A stretch of DNA of 64,000 nt from Candidatus Sulfomarinibacteraceae bacterium (GTDB lineage: Bacteria > Acidobacteriota > Thermoanaerobaculia > Thermoanaerobaculales > Sulfomarinibacteraceae), in contig CAWCLO010000001.1 in NCBI GenBank assembly GCA_963796455.1, forward strand, positions 288,001-352,000, in the 5' to 3' direction. Of the stretch, positions 47,685 through 57,901 are shown one piece after another (within the stretch, counting starts at the first letter, position 1; the number at the start of each line of letters is the position of its first letter). A model generated the notes under the pieces. That model did not search any database, was not told where the DNA came from, and saw nothing but the letters and a program-made list of their open reading frames with translations. The translations under genes were made by a program, and so were the position numbers.

Positions 47685-48236
47685 AGGGGGAAAGGGGGAA
47701 AGGGCGCAGGGGGGAAAGGGGGAAAGGGAGAGGGCTGCTTCGCTCGATGCTGGTTGCTGGATGCTGGAACCGCGCACCCTGTCCGGTCCCGATCCCGAAA
47801 GGGAGAAAGGGAGAAAGGGAGAAAGGGAAAAGGGGGAACCACCATGCACTGGTTTCAGATGCATGCGAATGTCGCCTTCCGATGTCATCCTGAGCGGAGC
47901 CCACAGGGCGTAGTCGAAGGATCTATGACGCTCACGGGAGAGACCCAAGACCACAGATCCTTCGACTCCGCGCTCGAAGCGCTGCGCTCAGGATGACATC
48001 TTGAACGACAGTCCCGTTCCCGAATGGGACCGTACCCAAGATGGCAGAGGGGCCGAGGACCGCTGAGCATCCTCGCTATCGCTATCGCTATCGGTATCGC
48101 TATCGACCGACTGTGGTGGACACGGACGCCGTTATAGAGGCAGGGAGAACCGTACCGAAGTGATCCACGTGACAAGGAGCAGGTCTCCCTTTCTCCCTTT
48201 CTCCCCTGCGCTCGCCGCCCCTGAACCAGCTTCCAG
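47685..48236. repeat. Composite intergenic repeat region: (GGGGGAAA), (GCTGGAT), (GGGAGAAA), 120-bp palindrome, (GCTATC) and complementary arms
   Basis: Palindrome 47881-48000; gctatc x~5 at 48076-48104; ctccctttctccc and ccagcttccagc at the right end complement left-side motifs. Confidence 0.8.
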
Positions 48237-48238
48237 CC

Positions 48239-50047
48239 TCAATCCAGGTGACCGCGGTCGGAGTCACCCATCTCCACGCCGCCGTCGGGGAAATACTCCT
48301 TCCACCGGCGGGTCACGGTGGCGGCGGTCTCCGGGTCGCAGAAGAGCTCTTTCGGATAAGGTGGTTTGATCCGGGCATCGATGACCAGCGGAGGGGTGTA
48401 GCTGATGTGATGCCGTGCAACCCCCGTTTGCGACGCGTAGATATCGGCCGCGGGCTCGAAGCGGGTGAAGGTCGTCCACAAGAAATTCATCGGGCTGGCG
48501 GCGGCCCGTGACGGTTCATCAGTCAGCACCACCAGCGGCCACTCGGCAAAGGCGGGAGATTCGGCGAAACGCTGCGCCGCGGCGGGCTCGTCGCTCCAGC
48601 TGGGTCCGCCGATAACGAGACAGCCGCCACAAAATGTGAGGACCTCTCCGACGCCCCGCGGAAGCTCCGAAGATCGGAACTCCCGTGGCAAGGTGCGAAC
48701 CGGATCTCCGAGCCCGAGCAGCACTCCCTTCGATCCGAGATTGACCTCCGGGCCGGTGTAATCGAGGGTGTCCATCGAGACATTGGAAAAGACGTAGAGA
48801 TCCGTTTCGGGCTGGGTCCGCTCGAGCACGTGTTCGAGGGTTTTTCGAAAGTCCTTGAGATCCACCGCCCGGTCGGTAAGCAAAAGGAACTTGGTGAGGC
48901 TCAGTTGACCCTCGCCGAGGATCCTGAAGGCCGAGGCCATCGCTTCCCTTCGATAGCGCTGGTGAACGACTGCCGCCGCAAGCGAGTGGTATCCGGTCTC
49001 GCCATAGGACCACAGCGACTGAACCGCCGGCATGACCATCGGAAAGAGTGGCGAAAGGAGCTCCTGCAGGAGATCACCGATAAAAAAATCCTCCTGGCGC
49101 GGTTTGCCGACCACCGTCGCCGGAAAAATCGCATCGCGCCGGTGGGAAATGGTTTCGATCTCGAAAACTGGGTAGTCGTGCTGCAGCGAGTAATAACCGT
49201 AGTGATCTCCAAACGGTCCTTCGGGCCGGAGCACACCGCAAGCCACCCTCCCACTCAACGCGAACTCCGAATCGGCGATGAGAGCGTGTGGGCCCGGGCC
49301 GGAGCAACGCCGAATCCGACCACCGGCGAGCAGCGACGCCAGAACCAATTCGGGCACATTCTCGGGCAGCGGAGCGATGGCCGAGAGAATCAACGCCGGC
49401 GGACCGCCCAGAAAAACACTCACCGGCAGATCCTGTGCATTCTCTTCCGCCCGGGCGTAGTGATAACCCCCGCCCTTGCCGATCTGCCAGTGCATCCCGG
49501 TGCTTCGTCGATCGTGGACCTGGAGGCGATACATTCCCAGGTTGTGGCCTTTACCTCCCGGGTCTTCGGTGTAGACCAACGGCAGGGTCAGAAACGGCCC
49601 GCCATCCTCCGGCCACGAGGTGAGGACCGGAAGCCGGCCGAGATCCACATCCGTGGTCTCGACCTCTCGGACCGCTCCCCGGCCAACCGAGCGTGTTCCC
49701 AGTCTGAGACCCGCAGCCACCAGATCCCGTGCCGCCCAAAATTTTCCGGCGCTCGGAGGAAAAACGCTCTGGGCAAACTCTACCGCCCGGCGAACAAGCC
49801 GGGCCGGGCGAGCGCCAAAAGCCATCTCCGCGCGACGTGTGGTGCCGAAGAGATTGGTCGCGAGGCGGAAATCTCTGCCCTCGACATTTTCGAACACGAG
49901 CGCTGGACCACCGGCGGCGATCACTCGGCGATGGAGTTCGGCAACCTCGAGACTCGCGCTCACGGGTGCCCTGATGGTTTTCAAATCGCCCTCGATCTCG
50001 AGCTGCCTCACAAAGGACCTGAGATCCGGAAAATTCAGTTCTTTCAC
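48239..50047 (-). CDS. ubiD: UbiD-family prFMN-dependent decarboxylase
   Basis: NLGMYR, MHWQIGKGG, EGPFGDHYGYY, GKPRQED; likely GTG start at 50047. Confidence 0.88.
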   Translation of the reverse strand: MKELNFPDLRSFVRQLEIEGDLKTIRAPVSASLEVAELHRRVIAAGGPALVFENVEGRDFRLATNLFGTTRRAEMAFGARPARLVRRAVEFAQSVFPPSAGKFWAARDLVAAGLRLGTRSVGRGAVREVETTDVDLGRLPVLTSWPEDGGPFLTLPLVYTEDPGGKGHNLGMYRLQVHDRRSTGMHWQIGKGGGYHYARAEENAQDLPVSVFLGGPPALILSAIAPLPENVPELVLASLLAGGRIRRCSGPGPHALIADSEFALSGRVACGVLRPEGPFGDHYGYYSLQHDYPVFEIETISHRRDAIFPATVVGKPRQEDFFIGDLLQELLSPLFPMVMPAVQSLWSYGETGYHSLAAAVVHQRYRREAMASAFRILGEGQLSLTKFLLLTDRAVDLKDFRKTLEHVLERTQPETDLYVFSNVSMDTLDYTGPEVNLGSKGVLLGLGDPVRTLPREFRSSELPRGVGEVLTFCGGCLVIGGPSWSDEPAAAQRFAESPAFAEWPLVVLTDEPSRAAASPMNFLWTTFTRFEPAADIYASQTGVARHHISYTPPLVIDARIKPPYPKELFCDPETAATVTRRWKEYFPDGGVEMGDSDRGHLD

Positions 50048-50188
50048 CGTCAAAACATAGCATTTCAGTCGTTTCCGGCTCCAGGGAGTACAATAGAAGA
50101 GGATGGAGCGTCCGAGTCTCGTGTTCAGCTTTGTGACAATTGTGCGAACGGTTTCTGGAAATGGGGATTGTCGGGGAGTGATTCGTCG

Positions 50189-52813
50189 GTGAATAGCTTC
50201 GAATCGGCAGCTGTTGAGCGGTTTTTCGACACCTCTCTGGAGTACGAGCGTCTGCTCGCCGGAATTTCCCACAGTTTCCTCGCAATGAACGCAAATAACC
50301 TCGAGCGCGGCGTCGAGGAAGCTCTCCGCGAAATCTGCCAGACCGTCGATGCCGGTCATGGGTCTTTTCTGGAAATCGCCTCTGACGGGTTGCGGGTTGA
50401 TTCAATCCACAGTTATGACAACGGAGGTGGAAAGTGGCACCCGGATGCCCTCTTCAACCTCACGTTGCGGGAGTACCAGTGGCTACGGGAGCAACTCCGC
50501 ACTCAGCCCATGTTCCACATCGAAGGCATCGAGGAGTTTCCGTCCCACGCCATCGCTGAACAGAATCTGTTTCGGATTCACCGCATCGGTTCGCTGGCCT
50601 GTGTCCCCTTCATCAAGGACGACAGTCTCTGCGGATTTGCGTGCTTCACCCTCGCACCGGGCACGAAGCGCTGGGCCCCCGATGAACTCCGATTGATGCG
50701 CGCGGCGACCCAGAGTGTCGGCGCCGCGATTCACCGGCTCCGGGCGGACCTCGAGTTGGAGTCGAACCGCGAATGGCTTGATCTCGCCCAGTTGGCGGGG
50801 CGCAGCACGGTCTGGGAATGGCATCCCAAGGACGACACGCTGATCTTCTCCAGTTCCACCGCTGAAGTTTTTGGCTTTGATCGAAAGCTGATGCCGCGGA
50901 CCAGCAGCCAGCTCCTCGAATTCGTTCCAGCCGCCGATCGTGAGTCCTTTATCGAAAACTTCACCGAGATCATGAAGACCGGTGACAATTTTTCGATCGA
51001 ACACCGATTCAATGTCCCACGGCTCGGCATCGTCTGGATCTTGATTAGAGGCGAGGTGCATACGGGGCCCGACGGCCGCGCCGAACGAGTGGTCGGAGTT
51101 TCGGCCGATATCACCGAACGTAAAACGGCCGAGTACGAATTGCAGCACCTCAAGGAGCGGGCACAGGTCACGCTCGCCGCAATCGGCGACGGTGTGGTTC
51201 GTACCGACGCCGGCGGCCGGATCGACTATCTCAATCCCTCCGCCGAAGAACTGCTCGGTGTCCGCTTTGCTCAGGTCAGAGGCCAGGAACTCTCCAGGTT
51301 CTACAACGTGATCTGCGAAGAGACCCTCAAACCGCAAAAAAATGTCGTCCGACAGTGTCTTGCCGGTCGCCACCGCGTCGAACCGGCCGCAGGGTCTCTG
51401 CTGATTCGGGCTGGCGAATCGAGAATCCCCATCCGCCAGAACGCTTCACCGATTTTTGATGTCGACGGCGAACTGGTCGGCGCGGTCCTGGTCCTCACCG
51501 ATGTTTCGCAACTTCGCACCCTGCAAAAACGGATGAGCCACCTCGCGACCCACGATCCCCTGACGGGACTCATCAACCGGCGCGAATTCGAGCTCCGGCT
51601 GGGGCAGGCGATTGCTGAAGCCAATCAAGGCGATCGCCGCTTCGCGTTGTGTTATCTCGATCTCGATGAATTCAAGGTCGTCAACGACACCTGTGGGCAC
51701 GGCGCCGGAGACAGTCTTTTACGTGAGCTCACGTCGGTCCTCGATGCCGTCGTTCAAAACGATGACACCCTCGCCCGACTCGGCGGCGACGAATTCGGAA
51801 TGCTGCTCGCGGATTGTGATCTCGACCACGCAGCACGACATGCACAGGAAGTCATTGATGCAGTCCGGCAATATCGATTCCAATGGAACGACCGGGTTTT
51901 TGAAATCGCCGCGAGCATCGGGATCGTACCGATCGAGGGCGGCAACAACAATCTGGCAGAACTCTTGAGCGCAGCCGATTCCGCCTGCTATGTGGCGAAG
52001 GGGCGAGGACGCAACGAAATTCACGTCTCGAAGACGGACGACCACGAGATTGCGACCCGCCACACCGAGATGCGCTGGGTCGAACGCATCAACCGGGCGC
52101 TCGCCGAAGATCGGTTCTGCCTCTTCAAACAGCCGATCATGCCTCTTCAAAACAGCCAAGGTCCGGAATTCAACGAGATCCTGTTGCGCCTACAGGATGC
52201 CCAGGGCAGCATCGTCGCGCCGAGCCAGTTCATCGGTGCCGCGGAACGATACCGATTGATGCCGGTCATTGATTTGTGGGTGGTCGGTGCCGCGCTCGAC
52301 TTGATCGGCAGCCTCGGCGGCGAAACCGACAAACCCTCTCCGGCATTCACGATCAATCTTTCCGGACAGAGCTTTGGCAACACCGACCTCAAGCGGCTGA
52401 TCCTCGACAGCCTCGATCGCCTCGAGATTCCACCGCAAATGGTGTTGTTCGAGATCACTGAAACCGCAGCAATCTCGAACCTCTCTCAAGCCATCGAGTT
52501 CATGCGCTCACTCCGGGACCGTGGCTGCCGTTTTGTCCTCGATGATTTTGGTAGCGGACTCTCTTCATTCAGATATCTCAAGAGTCTCGACGTCGAGTTC
52601 CTCAAGATCGATGGCGAATTGGTGCGTGAGATCGCCTCCGACCCCATCCAGCGTGAAATGGTGGCGGCGATCCATCGAATCGGTGAATCGATGGGGATCC
52701 AGACCATCGGAGAATGGGTCGAAAACTCAGAGATCGAACGAACTCTCACCGATATTGGAGTCGACTACGCACAGGGCTTTGGCGTCGGCCGACCGGTTCC
52801 ATTCTTAGGTTGA
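50189..52813 (+). CDS. GAF-PAS-PAS-GGDEF-EAL diguanylate cyclase/phosphodiesterase
   Basis: HDPLTGLINR, RLGGDEF, EILLR, FEITET, DDFGSG, KIDG, QGF. The upstream part of ORF 48830.. overlaps ubiD and is spurious. Confidence 0.92.
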   Translation: MNSFESAAVERFFDTSLEYERLLAGISHSFLAMNANNLERGVEEALREICQTVDAGHGSFLEIASDGLRVDSIHSYDNGGGKWHPDALFNLTLREYQWLREQLRTQPMFHIEGIEEFPSHAIAEQNLFRIHRIGSLACVPFIKDDSLCGFACFTLAPGTKRWAPDELRLMRAATQSVGAAIHRLRADLELESNREWLDLAQLAGRSTVWEWHPKDDTLIFSSSTAEVFGFDRKLMPRTSSQLLEFVPAADRESFIENFTEIMKTGDNFSIEHRFNVPRLGIVWILIRGEVHTGPDGRAERVVGVSADITERKTAEYELQHLKERAQVTLAAIGDGVVRTDAGGRIDYLNPSAEELLGVRFAQVRGQELSRFYNVICEETLKPQKNVVRQCLAGRHRVEPAAGSLLIRAGESRIPIRQNASPIFDVDGELVGAVLVLTDVSQLRTLQKRMSHLATHDPLTGLINRREFELRLGQAIAEANQGDRRFALCYLDLDEFKVVNDTCGHGAGDSLLRELTSVLDAVVQNDDTLARLGGDEFGMLLADCDLDHAARHAQEVIDAVRQYRFQWNDRVFEIAASIGIVPIEGGNNNLAELLSAADSACYVAKGRGRNEIHVSKTDDHEIATRHTEMRWVERINRALAEDRFCLFKQPIMPLQNSQGPEFNEILLRLQDAQGSIVAPSQFIGAAERYRLMPVIDLWVVGAALDLIGSLGGETDKPSPAFTINLSGQSFGNTDLKRLILDSLDRLEIPPQMVLFEITETAAISNLSQAIEFMRSLRDRGCRFVLDDFGSGLSSFRYLKSLDVEFLKIDGELVREIASDPIQREMVAAIHRIGESMGIQTIGEWVENSEIERTLTDIGVDYAQGFGVGRPVPFLG

Positions 52814-52952
52814 TGCGTTACGCCGCAGCGCGGCATTTCCAACATGCCCCGAACCGGCAACAGCTCACCGACCGGCAATTCTCGAAACTCTCTGAATAAG
52901 TGAAAGCCTATTACTTTGAACACCTTGGACCACCAAGAGAAAAGTGCTTTCC

Positions 52953-52981
52953 TTGACATAGTTGCCGCAGTGCGGTACACC
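52953..52981 (+). promoter_or_regulatory. Putative sigma70 promoter with TGC-rich spacer (possible PhaR operator)
   Basis: TTGACA - TAGTTGCCGCAGTGCGG (17 nt) - TACACC. Confidence 0.5.
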
Positions 52982-53041
52982 CTAATAAGGCATCAACGAT
53001 CGGCATCTTGCCCATCTCAAAGGCCACAATGGAGTGAAATA

Positions 53042-53500
53042 ATGATCCGACTCATCAAACGCTACGGTAGCCGCAAGCTCTACGACACCGAAGAGAGCCG
53101 CTACGTATCGCTCGACGAACTCGCGGGGTGGATCCGAACTGGTCAACAGATCCGGGTTATCGACAACAAGACCTCCGACGACGTCACATCCCAGACCCTG
53201 ACACAGATCATCTCCGAAGAGGGACGCAAAGGAACCGCCCTGCTGCCCAACGAGCTTCTCCACGAACTCATTCGAATTGGCGAGCAGGCCGTCTCGACCG
53301 GCGTCGAACAGCTGCAGACAAAAATGGACCGACTCGTGCAGGCCTCCATCGACCGTATCGGCCCCGTCCGCCGAGCTCGAGAAGAAATGTCTCGTCTGCG
53401 CGAACGTCTCGGGGACCTTGAAGCATCACTCGCGTCGATCGACACCGACCGTCAGGAGAGCGACGTCACGCCGCCGGATGACGAGGAGAAAAAAGATTAA
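53042..53500 (+). CDS. phaR: PHA synthesis regulator, PhaR-type DNA-binding domain
   Basis: IKRYGSRKLYDTEESRYVSL, DVTSQTLTQII, LLHELIR. Confidence 0.85.
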   Translation: MIRLIKRYGSRKLYDTEESRYVSLDELAGWIRTGQQIRVIDNKTSDDVTSQTLTQIISEEGRKGTALLPNELLHELIRIGEQAVSTGVEQLQTKMDRLVQASIDRIGPVRRAREEMSRLRERLGDLEASLASIDTDRQESDVTPPDDEEKKD

Positions 53501-54692
53501 AATCGGCCTCGCCCTTGCCGGTGGCGGTCCGGAAGGATCGATCTACGAAATCGGTGCGGTGCGCGCGCTCGATGAGGCGATCGAGGGCATCGACCTGAAT
53601 GACCTCGATGTCTATGTCGGGGTCAGCGCCGGCGCTTTCATCACCTCGTGTCTCGCGAACAATCTGACCACCGGCCAGATGTGCAGGGCCATCGTCAAGC
53701 ACGAGCCCGGAGAACATCCATTCGTGCCTGAGAACTTCCTCACCCCGGCGGTCGGAAGTATGTTCCGCAGCGGCCTCAAGGTCCCAAGACTTCTGGTCGA
53801 AGCGGTTCGCGACATGGTTCTGCACCCCTCGGAAACCACTCTATTCGAGCCTATGACCAGGTTGTCGCGGGCGCTCCCGGTCGGACTTTTCAAAAATGAA
53901 CCCATCCGCTCCTACCTCGAGAATATTTTCCGCAAACCCGGTCGAACCAACGATTTCCGGGAGTTGCGGCGCAAGCTCGTGGTCGTGGCCACCGATCTGG
54001 ATTCCGGTCGACCGGTGTGCTTCGGAGAGCCCGGGCTCGATCACATTCCCATTTCCGTCGCCGTCCAGGCTTCAACGGCCCTCCCGGGGCTCTACCCGCC
54101 GGTCCTGATCGAAGGCCGCCATTACGTCGACGGCGTTCTGCTCAAGACGGTGCACGCATCCGTCGCACTCGACGAAGGTGCCGATCTCGTCTTGTGCGTC
54201 AACCCTATCGTTCCGGTCGACACGATCCGATCGGTGGAGATGGGCGTCATGCGGCGCGGTCAACTCATCGACCGCGGGCTGCCGACCGTGCTCGCTCAGA
54301 CCTTCCGCACCATGATTCACTCACGGATGGGGATTGGCCTGGCGGCTTATGAAAGCCGTTATTCCGACAAAGACGTTCTGGTTATCGAGCCCCGCCGCGA
54401 CGACTACCACATGTTCTTCAGCAACGTGTTTTCTTTTTCGAACCGAAAAAAGGTGTGCGAACACGCGTACAACAGCACCCGGCAAAAGCTGTGGCGAAAT
54501 CGCCGCCGTATCGCGCCGATTCTCGAAAGCCACGGGCTCAGGCTCCGCACCGAGGTTCTGGAAGGGGAACGCGATCTGTGGGAGTCGGTGGATCTGAACC
54601 GAAAACGCCGTCCATCCAGCTCGTATCTCAAAGACCGGCTCGACAAGGCCCTGTCTCGGATCGAAAGCCTGGTGGCCGAGCAGACTTCCTGA
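53478..54692 (+). CDS. Patatin-like phospholipase/esterase
   Basis: LAGGG, GVSAG, ASTALPG, YVDG; overlaps phaR end. Confidence 0.88.
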   Translation: MTRRKKIKIGLALAGGGPEGSIYEIGAVRALDEAIEGIDLNDLDVYVGVSAGAFITSCLANNLTTGQMCRAIVKHEPGEHPFVPENFLTPAVGSMFRSGLKVPRLLVEAVRDMVLHPSETTLFEPMTRLSRALPVGLFKNEPIRSYLENIFRKPGRTNDFRELRRKLVVVATDLDSGRPVCFGEPGLDHIPISVAVQASTALPGLYPPVLIEGRHYVDGVLLKTVHASVALDEGADLVLCVNPIVPVDTIRSVEMGVMRRGQLIDRGLPTVLAQTFRTMIHSRMGIGLAAYESRYSDKDVLVIEPRRDDYHMFFSNVFSFSNRKKVCEHAYNSTRQKLWRNRRRIAPILESHGLRLRTEVLEGERDLWESVDLNRKRRPSSSYLKDRLDKALSRIESLVAEQTS

Positions 54693-54728
54693 CCCCCTCG
54701 GCCCCTACCCCGAAAAGAAAACAGAATC

Positions 54729-55079
54729 ATGGAGACCCAGATGGATCAACCTACCTATAGCTTCGTCTATGACCGGAAAACGGCCGATCAGGGCTTCCAC
54801 GGTATCGGAGTGACCAAGCTCGTCCTGTCCCTGCTGGCGGGCATCAGACCCTTTCAGACCTGGGAGAACTGCCTGGTCTATGAAGGCCAGAGCCCCCATG
54901 GCGCGGCGACCGTTTGTATCGGCATGCAAGGCCCCGGAGCCGACACGCTGCAACTGCAACTGGTCGAGGCGTTCGAAAACCAGGGAGTGCAGGTGATCGA
55001 GGTTTACGAGGGCGGTCCTCCACCGACGAATGAGATCGCTGTGGCAGTCAACGGCACGTGGTCCGAGCCCTCGGTTTAA
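54729..55079 (+). CDS. Hypothetical protein
   Basis: 116-aa ORF co-directional with the operon, protein-like composition. Confidence 0.6.
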   Translation: METQMDQPTYSFVYDRKTADQGFHGIGVTKLVLSLLAGIRPFQTWENCLVYEGQSPHGAATVCIGMQGPGADTLQLQLVEAFENQGVQVIEVYEGGPPPTNEIAVAVNGTWSEPSV

Positions 55080-55855
55080 CGATCCGGATTCATCAAAGCA
55101 AAGAGATCTGCTGCAAGATCGGGGTTGAGCTCTCTGAGCAGTTCGTACTGGACCATGGCTCCTTCGCGGTCTTCCTGGTAGAGCCTTGCCAGACCGACTC
55201 CATAGACTGCGCGGGAGTTCTCCGGTTCGATCTCGACCACGGCCTCGAAGGCCTGTAGTGCCTGAGCGTAGAGCCTCAGGTGGTAGCGAGCGACTCCGAG
55301 GCACAACAGCGCTCGGACGTCGTTCGGATCAACCGTCACGGCGCGCCAACATGCATCTGCCGAATCTTCGTGACGGCCGAGTTGAGCGTAGACGACGCCG
55401 AGTTCTACCAGCGCTGCTCCAAGATTCGAATCCCGCACCGCGGCGCGAGCGAAGAGCGTAGCCGCAGCATCGAGACGACCCTGTTGTTTGGCCAACAATC
55501 CCATTGAGAAGAGAGTCGCCGCATCATCAGGTTTGATGGCGAGAGCCTTCTCGTATGCGGATTGCGCATCATCAAATCGACCCAGAGAGGCGGCGGCGGT
55601 TCCCATTCCAAGACTGGCCTGGTACCGAAGCTCAGATGTGGATGCGCGCTCGAGTGCCCATTCGAAATGTCGGTACGCCTTCTCGAACTCACCCTGGTTC
55701 ATTGATACGAGCCCTGCCTTGAGCTGATCGAGGGCCGGAGCGGATCCGCGCCCGACCGATCCCTCGTCCGTCTCCTGCGCGATCACCGGCGTCACCAGGG
55801 CCCATACGAGCATCAGCGAGCACAATACTTTCGCTGTCATCCATCTCGGAATCAT
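55076..55855 (-). CDS. Exported TPR protein
   Basis: GGAAGGA RBS, signal peptide, 5-6 TPR repeats. Confidence 0.8.
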   Translation of the reverse strand: MIPRWMTAKVLCSLMLVWALVTPVIAQETDEGSVGRGSAPALDQLKAGLVSMNQGEFEKAYRHFEWALERASTSELRYQASLGMGTAAASLGRFDDAQSAYEKALAIKPDDAATLFSMGLLAKQQGRLDAAATLFARAAVRDSNLGAALVELGVVYAQLGRHEDSADACWRAVTVDPNDVRALLCLGVARYHLRLYAQALQAFEAVVEIEPENSRAVYGVGLARLYQEDREGAMVQYELLRELNPDLAADLFALMNPDR

Positions 55856-56031
55856 CCATTGGCTCCTTCCAACCCATCTTACCCGACAGACCGCCCGGTT
55901 TCTGACCAACCGGACCCCAAGGTGCGTCGTAAACCCCCTATCGACTGCAACTTTGCCTCGATTATTGCGTATAGGCTACGGCAGACGCAAGCGACGAGCA
56001 CCACAAAAAAAACTCTCCGGGAGACTCAACG

Positions 56032-57267
56032 ATGATCGATTTCAGGGCTTTGAAAACCGGGTTCCGAACGAGCATTTTCGCCTGGATCGTCCTTTTCTCT
56101 CTTTTCCTCACATCTGCGGTCTCGGCGAACGATGCACCGCGCACGGTCGTTCTCGGGGAGGTTCAGGGAGCGTTCAACACGACAACATCATTGCTGCAAA
56201 AACTCGATTTGATCGACCAGAATCTCCATTGGTCGGGCGGCGAGACGGTGCTGGTGCAAACCGGGGATCTCGTGGATGGCGGCGAAGGAGTGCGCGCGAC
56301 CCTCGACCTTTTCATGAGACTGCAGACGGAGGCCGAGGCAGCGGGCGGGCGAGTCGTGGTTCTCATGGGCAATCACGAAATCATGAATATCATGAGGGAA
56401 TTCAAGTCGGTCAACTATATGGCCTACGCCACCTTTGCCGGTCCCGATGCCGAGCAGCGACAGAAAGAGCTCTATGCCGAGTATGTCGCCTGGCGGCAGC
56501 GCCGAGCCAAAGAAACTGGAACCGGGGCCTTTGCCCCGAGCGAAGACTTCAAGGCGGACTACTTTGCCACCCATCCTCCCGGTTGGGCCGAGTACGCCGA
56601 GATGATGGCTCCGAGCGGGATCTACGGCAGGTGGATGCGGGCTCTGCCTGTCGCCTATCGCGCCGGCGACGTGCTCTTTATTCACGCGGGTATCGGCCCA
56701 GAAATGAAGGGCGTCGATGTCGACTCGATGAACCAAAGGGCCGCCGCAGAGATCGCGGCCTTCGACAAAGACACCGCGTTGATGGTTTCAGAGGGCCTCT
56801 GTCTCACGACGCATTCGGTCCGCGATATGGCGAAGGTGGTTCAGGGTGAGATCGAGTACGTCAACTCGCTCAATGACAAACGCAGAAACAGAGGCAATCA
56901 GCGCGTCGCGCGATTGATGGAGATTCAAGAGCTCACCAGGGTCGCTTCGTGGTCGGTTCTCGACGACGATGGTCCGCTGTGGTTCAAGGGCCCGTCGGAG
57001 TGGAGTGAATCGGAGAAGGGCCCAGAAATGGAGTCGATCCTCGACGCCGGCGGAATCGAGAGGATGGTCACCGGTCAATCCAACGGCGGCGAAATGCGGA
57101 TCAAGACCCGTTTCGATGATCGGGTCGTCCTGACTTCGGTCAATCTGGCTGACGGTGCCTACTCGGGTGGCGGAAAACCAGCGGCACTCGAAATCGACGA
57201 CGGTGTCTACTCGGTTGTCACATCCGACAGCAGGGACGTTTTGCTGAAATCGAAAGAAGGGGGCTGA
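56032..57267 (+). CDS. Exported Shewanella-like (Shelph) metallophosphoesterase with altered metal ligands
   Basis: GEVQG (cf. GDxHG), TGDLVD, GNHE, HAG, GPLWF, MVTGQS (cf. GHT). Confidence 0.8.
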   Translation: MIDFRALKTGFRTSIFAWIVLFSLFLTSAVSANDAPRTVVLGEVQGAFNTTTSLLQKLDLIDQNLHWSGGETVLVQTGDLVDGGEGVRATLDLFMRLQTEAEAAGGRVVVLMGNHEIMNIMREFKSVNYMAYATFAGPDAEQRQKELYAEYVAWRQRRAKETGTGAFAPSEDFKADYFATHPPGWAEYAEMMAPSGIYGRWMRALPVAYRAGDVLFIHAGIGPEMKGVDVDSMNQRAAAEIAAFDKDTALMVSEGLCLTTHSVRDMAKVVQGEIEYVNSLNDKRRNRGNQRVARLMEIQELTRVASWSVLDDDGPLWFKGPSEWSESEKGPEMESILDAGGIERMVTGQSNGGEMRIKTRFDDRVVLTSVNLADGAYSGGGKPAALEIDDGVYSVVTSDSRDVLLKSKEGG

Positions 57268-57293
57268 CGCGAGACTGATCGGTCAGCAAAGAA

Positions 57294-57324
57294 AAAGCGA
57301 GGGCCGCGGGCCCTCGCTTTGTTT
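57294..57324. terminator. Bidirectional rho-independent terminator
   Basis: aaagcgagggcc-gcg-ggccctcgcttt between convergent genes. Confidence 0.8.
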
Positions 57325-57340
57325 GAACGAAGTCAAGAAA

Positions 57341-57901
57341 TCACTCGTGGACCGACTCCATCAGGTCTTCGATCCCGGGCAGATCGTCCATTTTCGAGAG
57401 CAACCTCCCCAATAAAACAGGATCAATGTCACCGACAAGATTGGCCAGAACCAACTCGTCGCCGTCGCTGTTGACCAGACCTGTCAGACCCACGATCTTA
57501 CCGCCGCTCTCGAGGGCGAAGAGATAAACCATGGTCTCATCGTCGTTGACCTTCAAAATCCGTTGCCAACCCAAATTCGTGAGTTGATCGACGGCATCGG
57601 AAATGCTGTTGCCTATCATGGTCTGATCAGCCTTTTGCGGTGAACCGACCTGAACTCGAACTCTTTCGAGAGATGCCACCAGCTTTCCGAGGTCGGCATC
57701 AACCTCACCGTTCTCGCCCTGCATGGCTCCTGCCGCAACCTGCAGCATCGCTCCGTGAAGATCGATATCAACCTCCAACTCCCCCTGGGCCATGATTCCC
57801 ATTTCTTCGATCGGGAAAAACCCGGGATGATTGGTCTGGGCATCGACGGCCCCACAGAGCAACAAAAGCACCACGCCTACGATTAGACTCATCCTTTTCA
57901 T
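57341..57901 (-). CDS. DUF4252-family exported protein
   Basis: Signal peptide; VDIDLHGAML, GWQRILKV, ELVLANLVGDID; typical context downstream of ECF/anti-sigma. Confidence 0.75.
   Translation of the reverse strand: MKRMSLIVGVVLLLLCGAVDAQTNHPGFFPIEEMGIMAQGELEVDIDLHGAMLQVAAGAMQGENGEVDADLGKLVASLERVRVQVGSPQKADQTMIGNSISDAVDQLTNLGWQRILKVNDDETMVYLFALESGGKIVGLTGLVNSDGDELVLANLVGDIDPVLLGRLLSKMDDLPGIEDLMESVHE

Noticed and set aside
48830..50188. N-terminal ~450 aa of the 1327-aa ORF
   Set aside because: Antisense shadow of ubiD; the recognisable protein starts near 50189.
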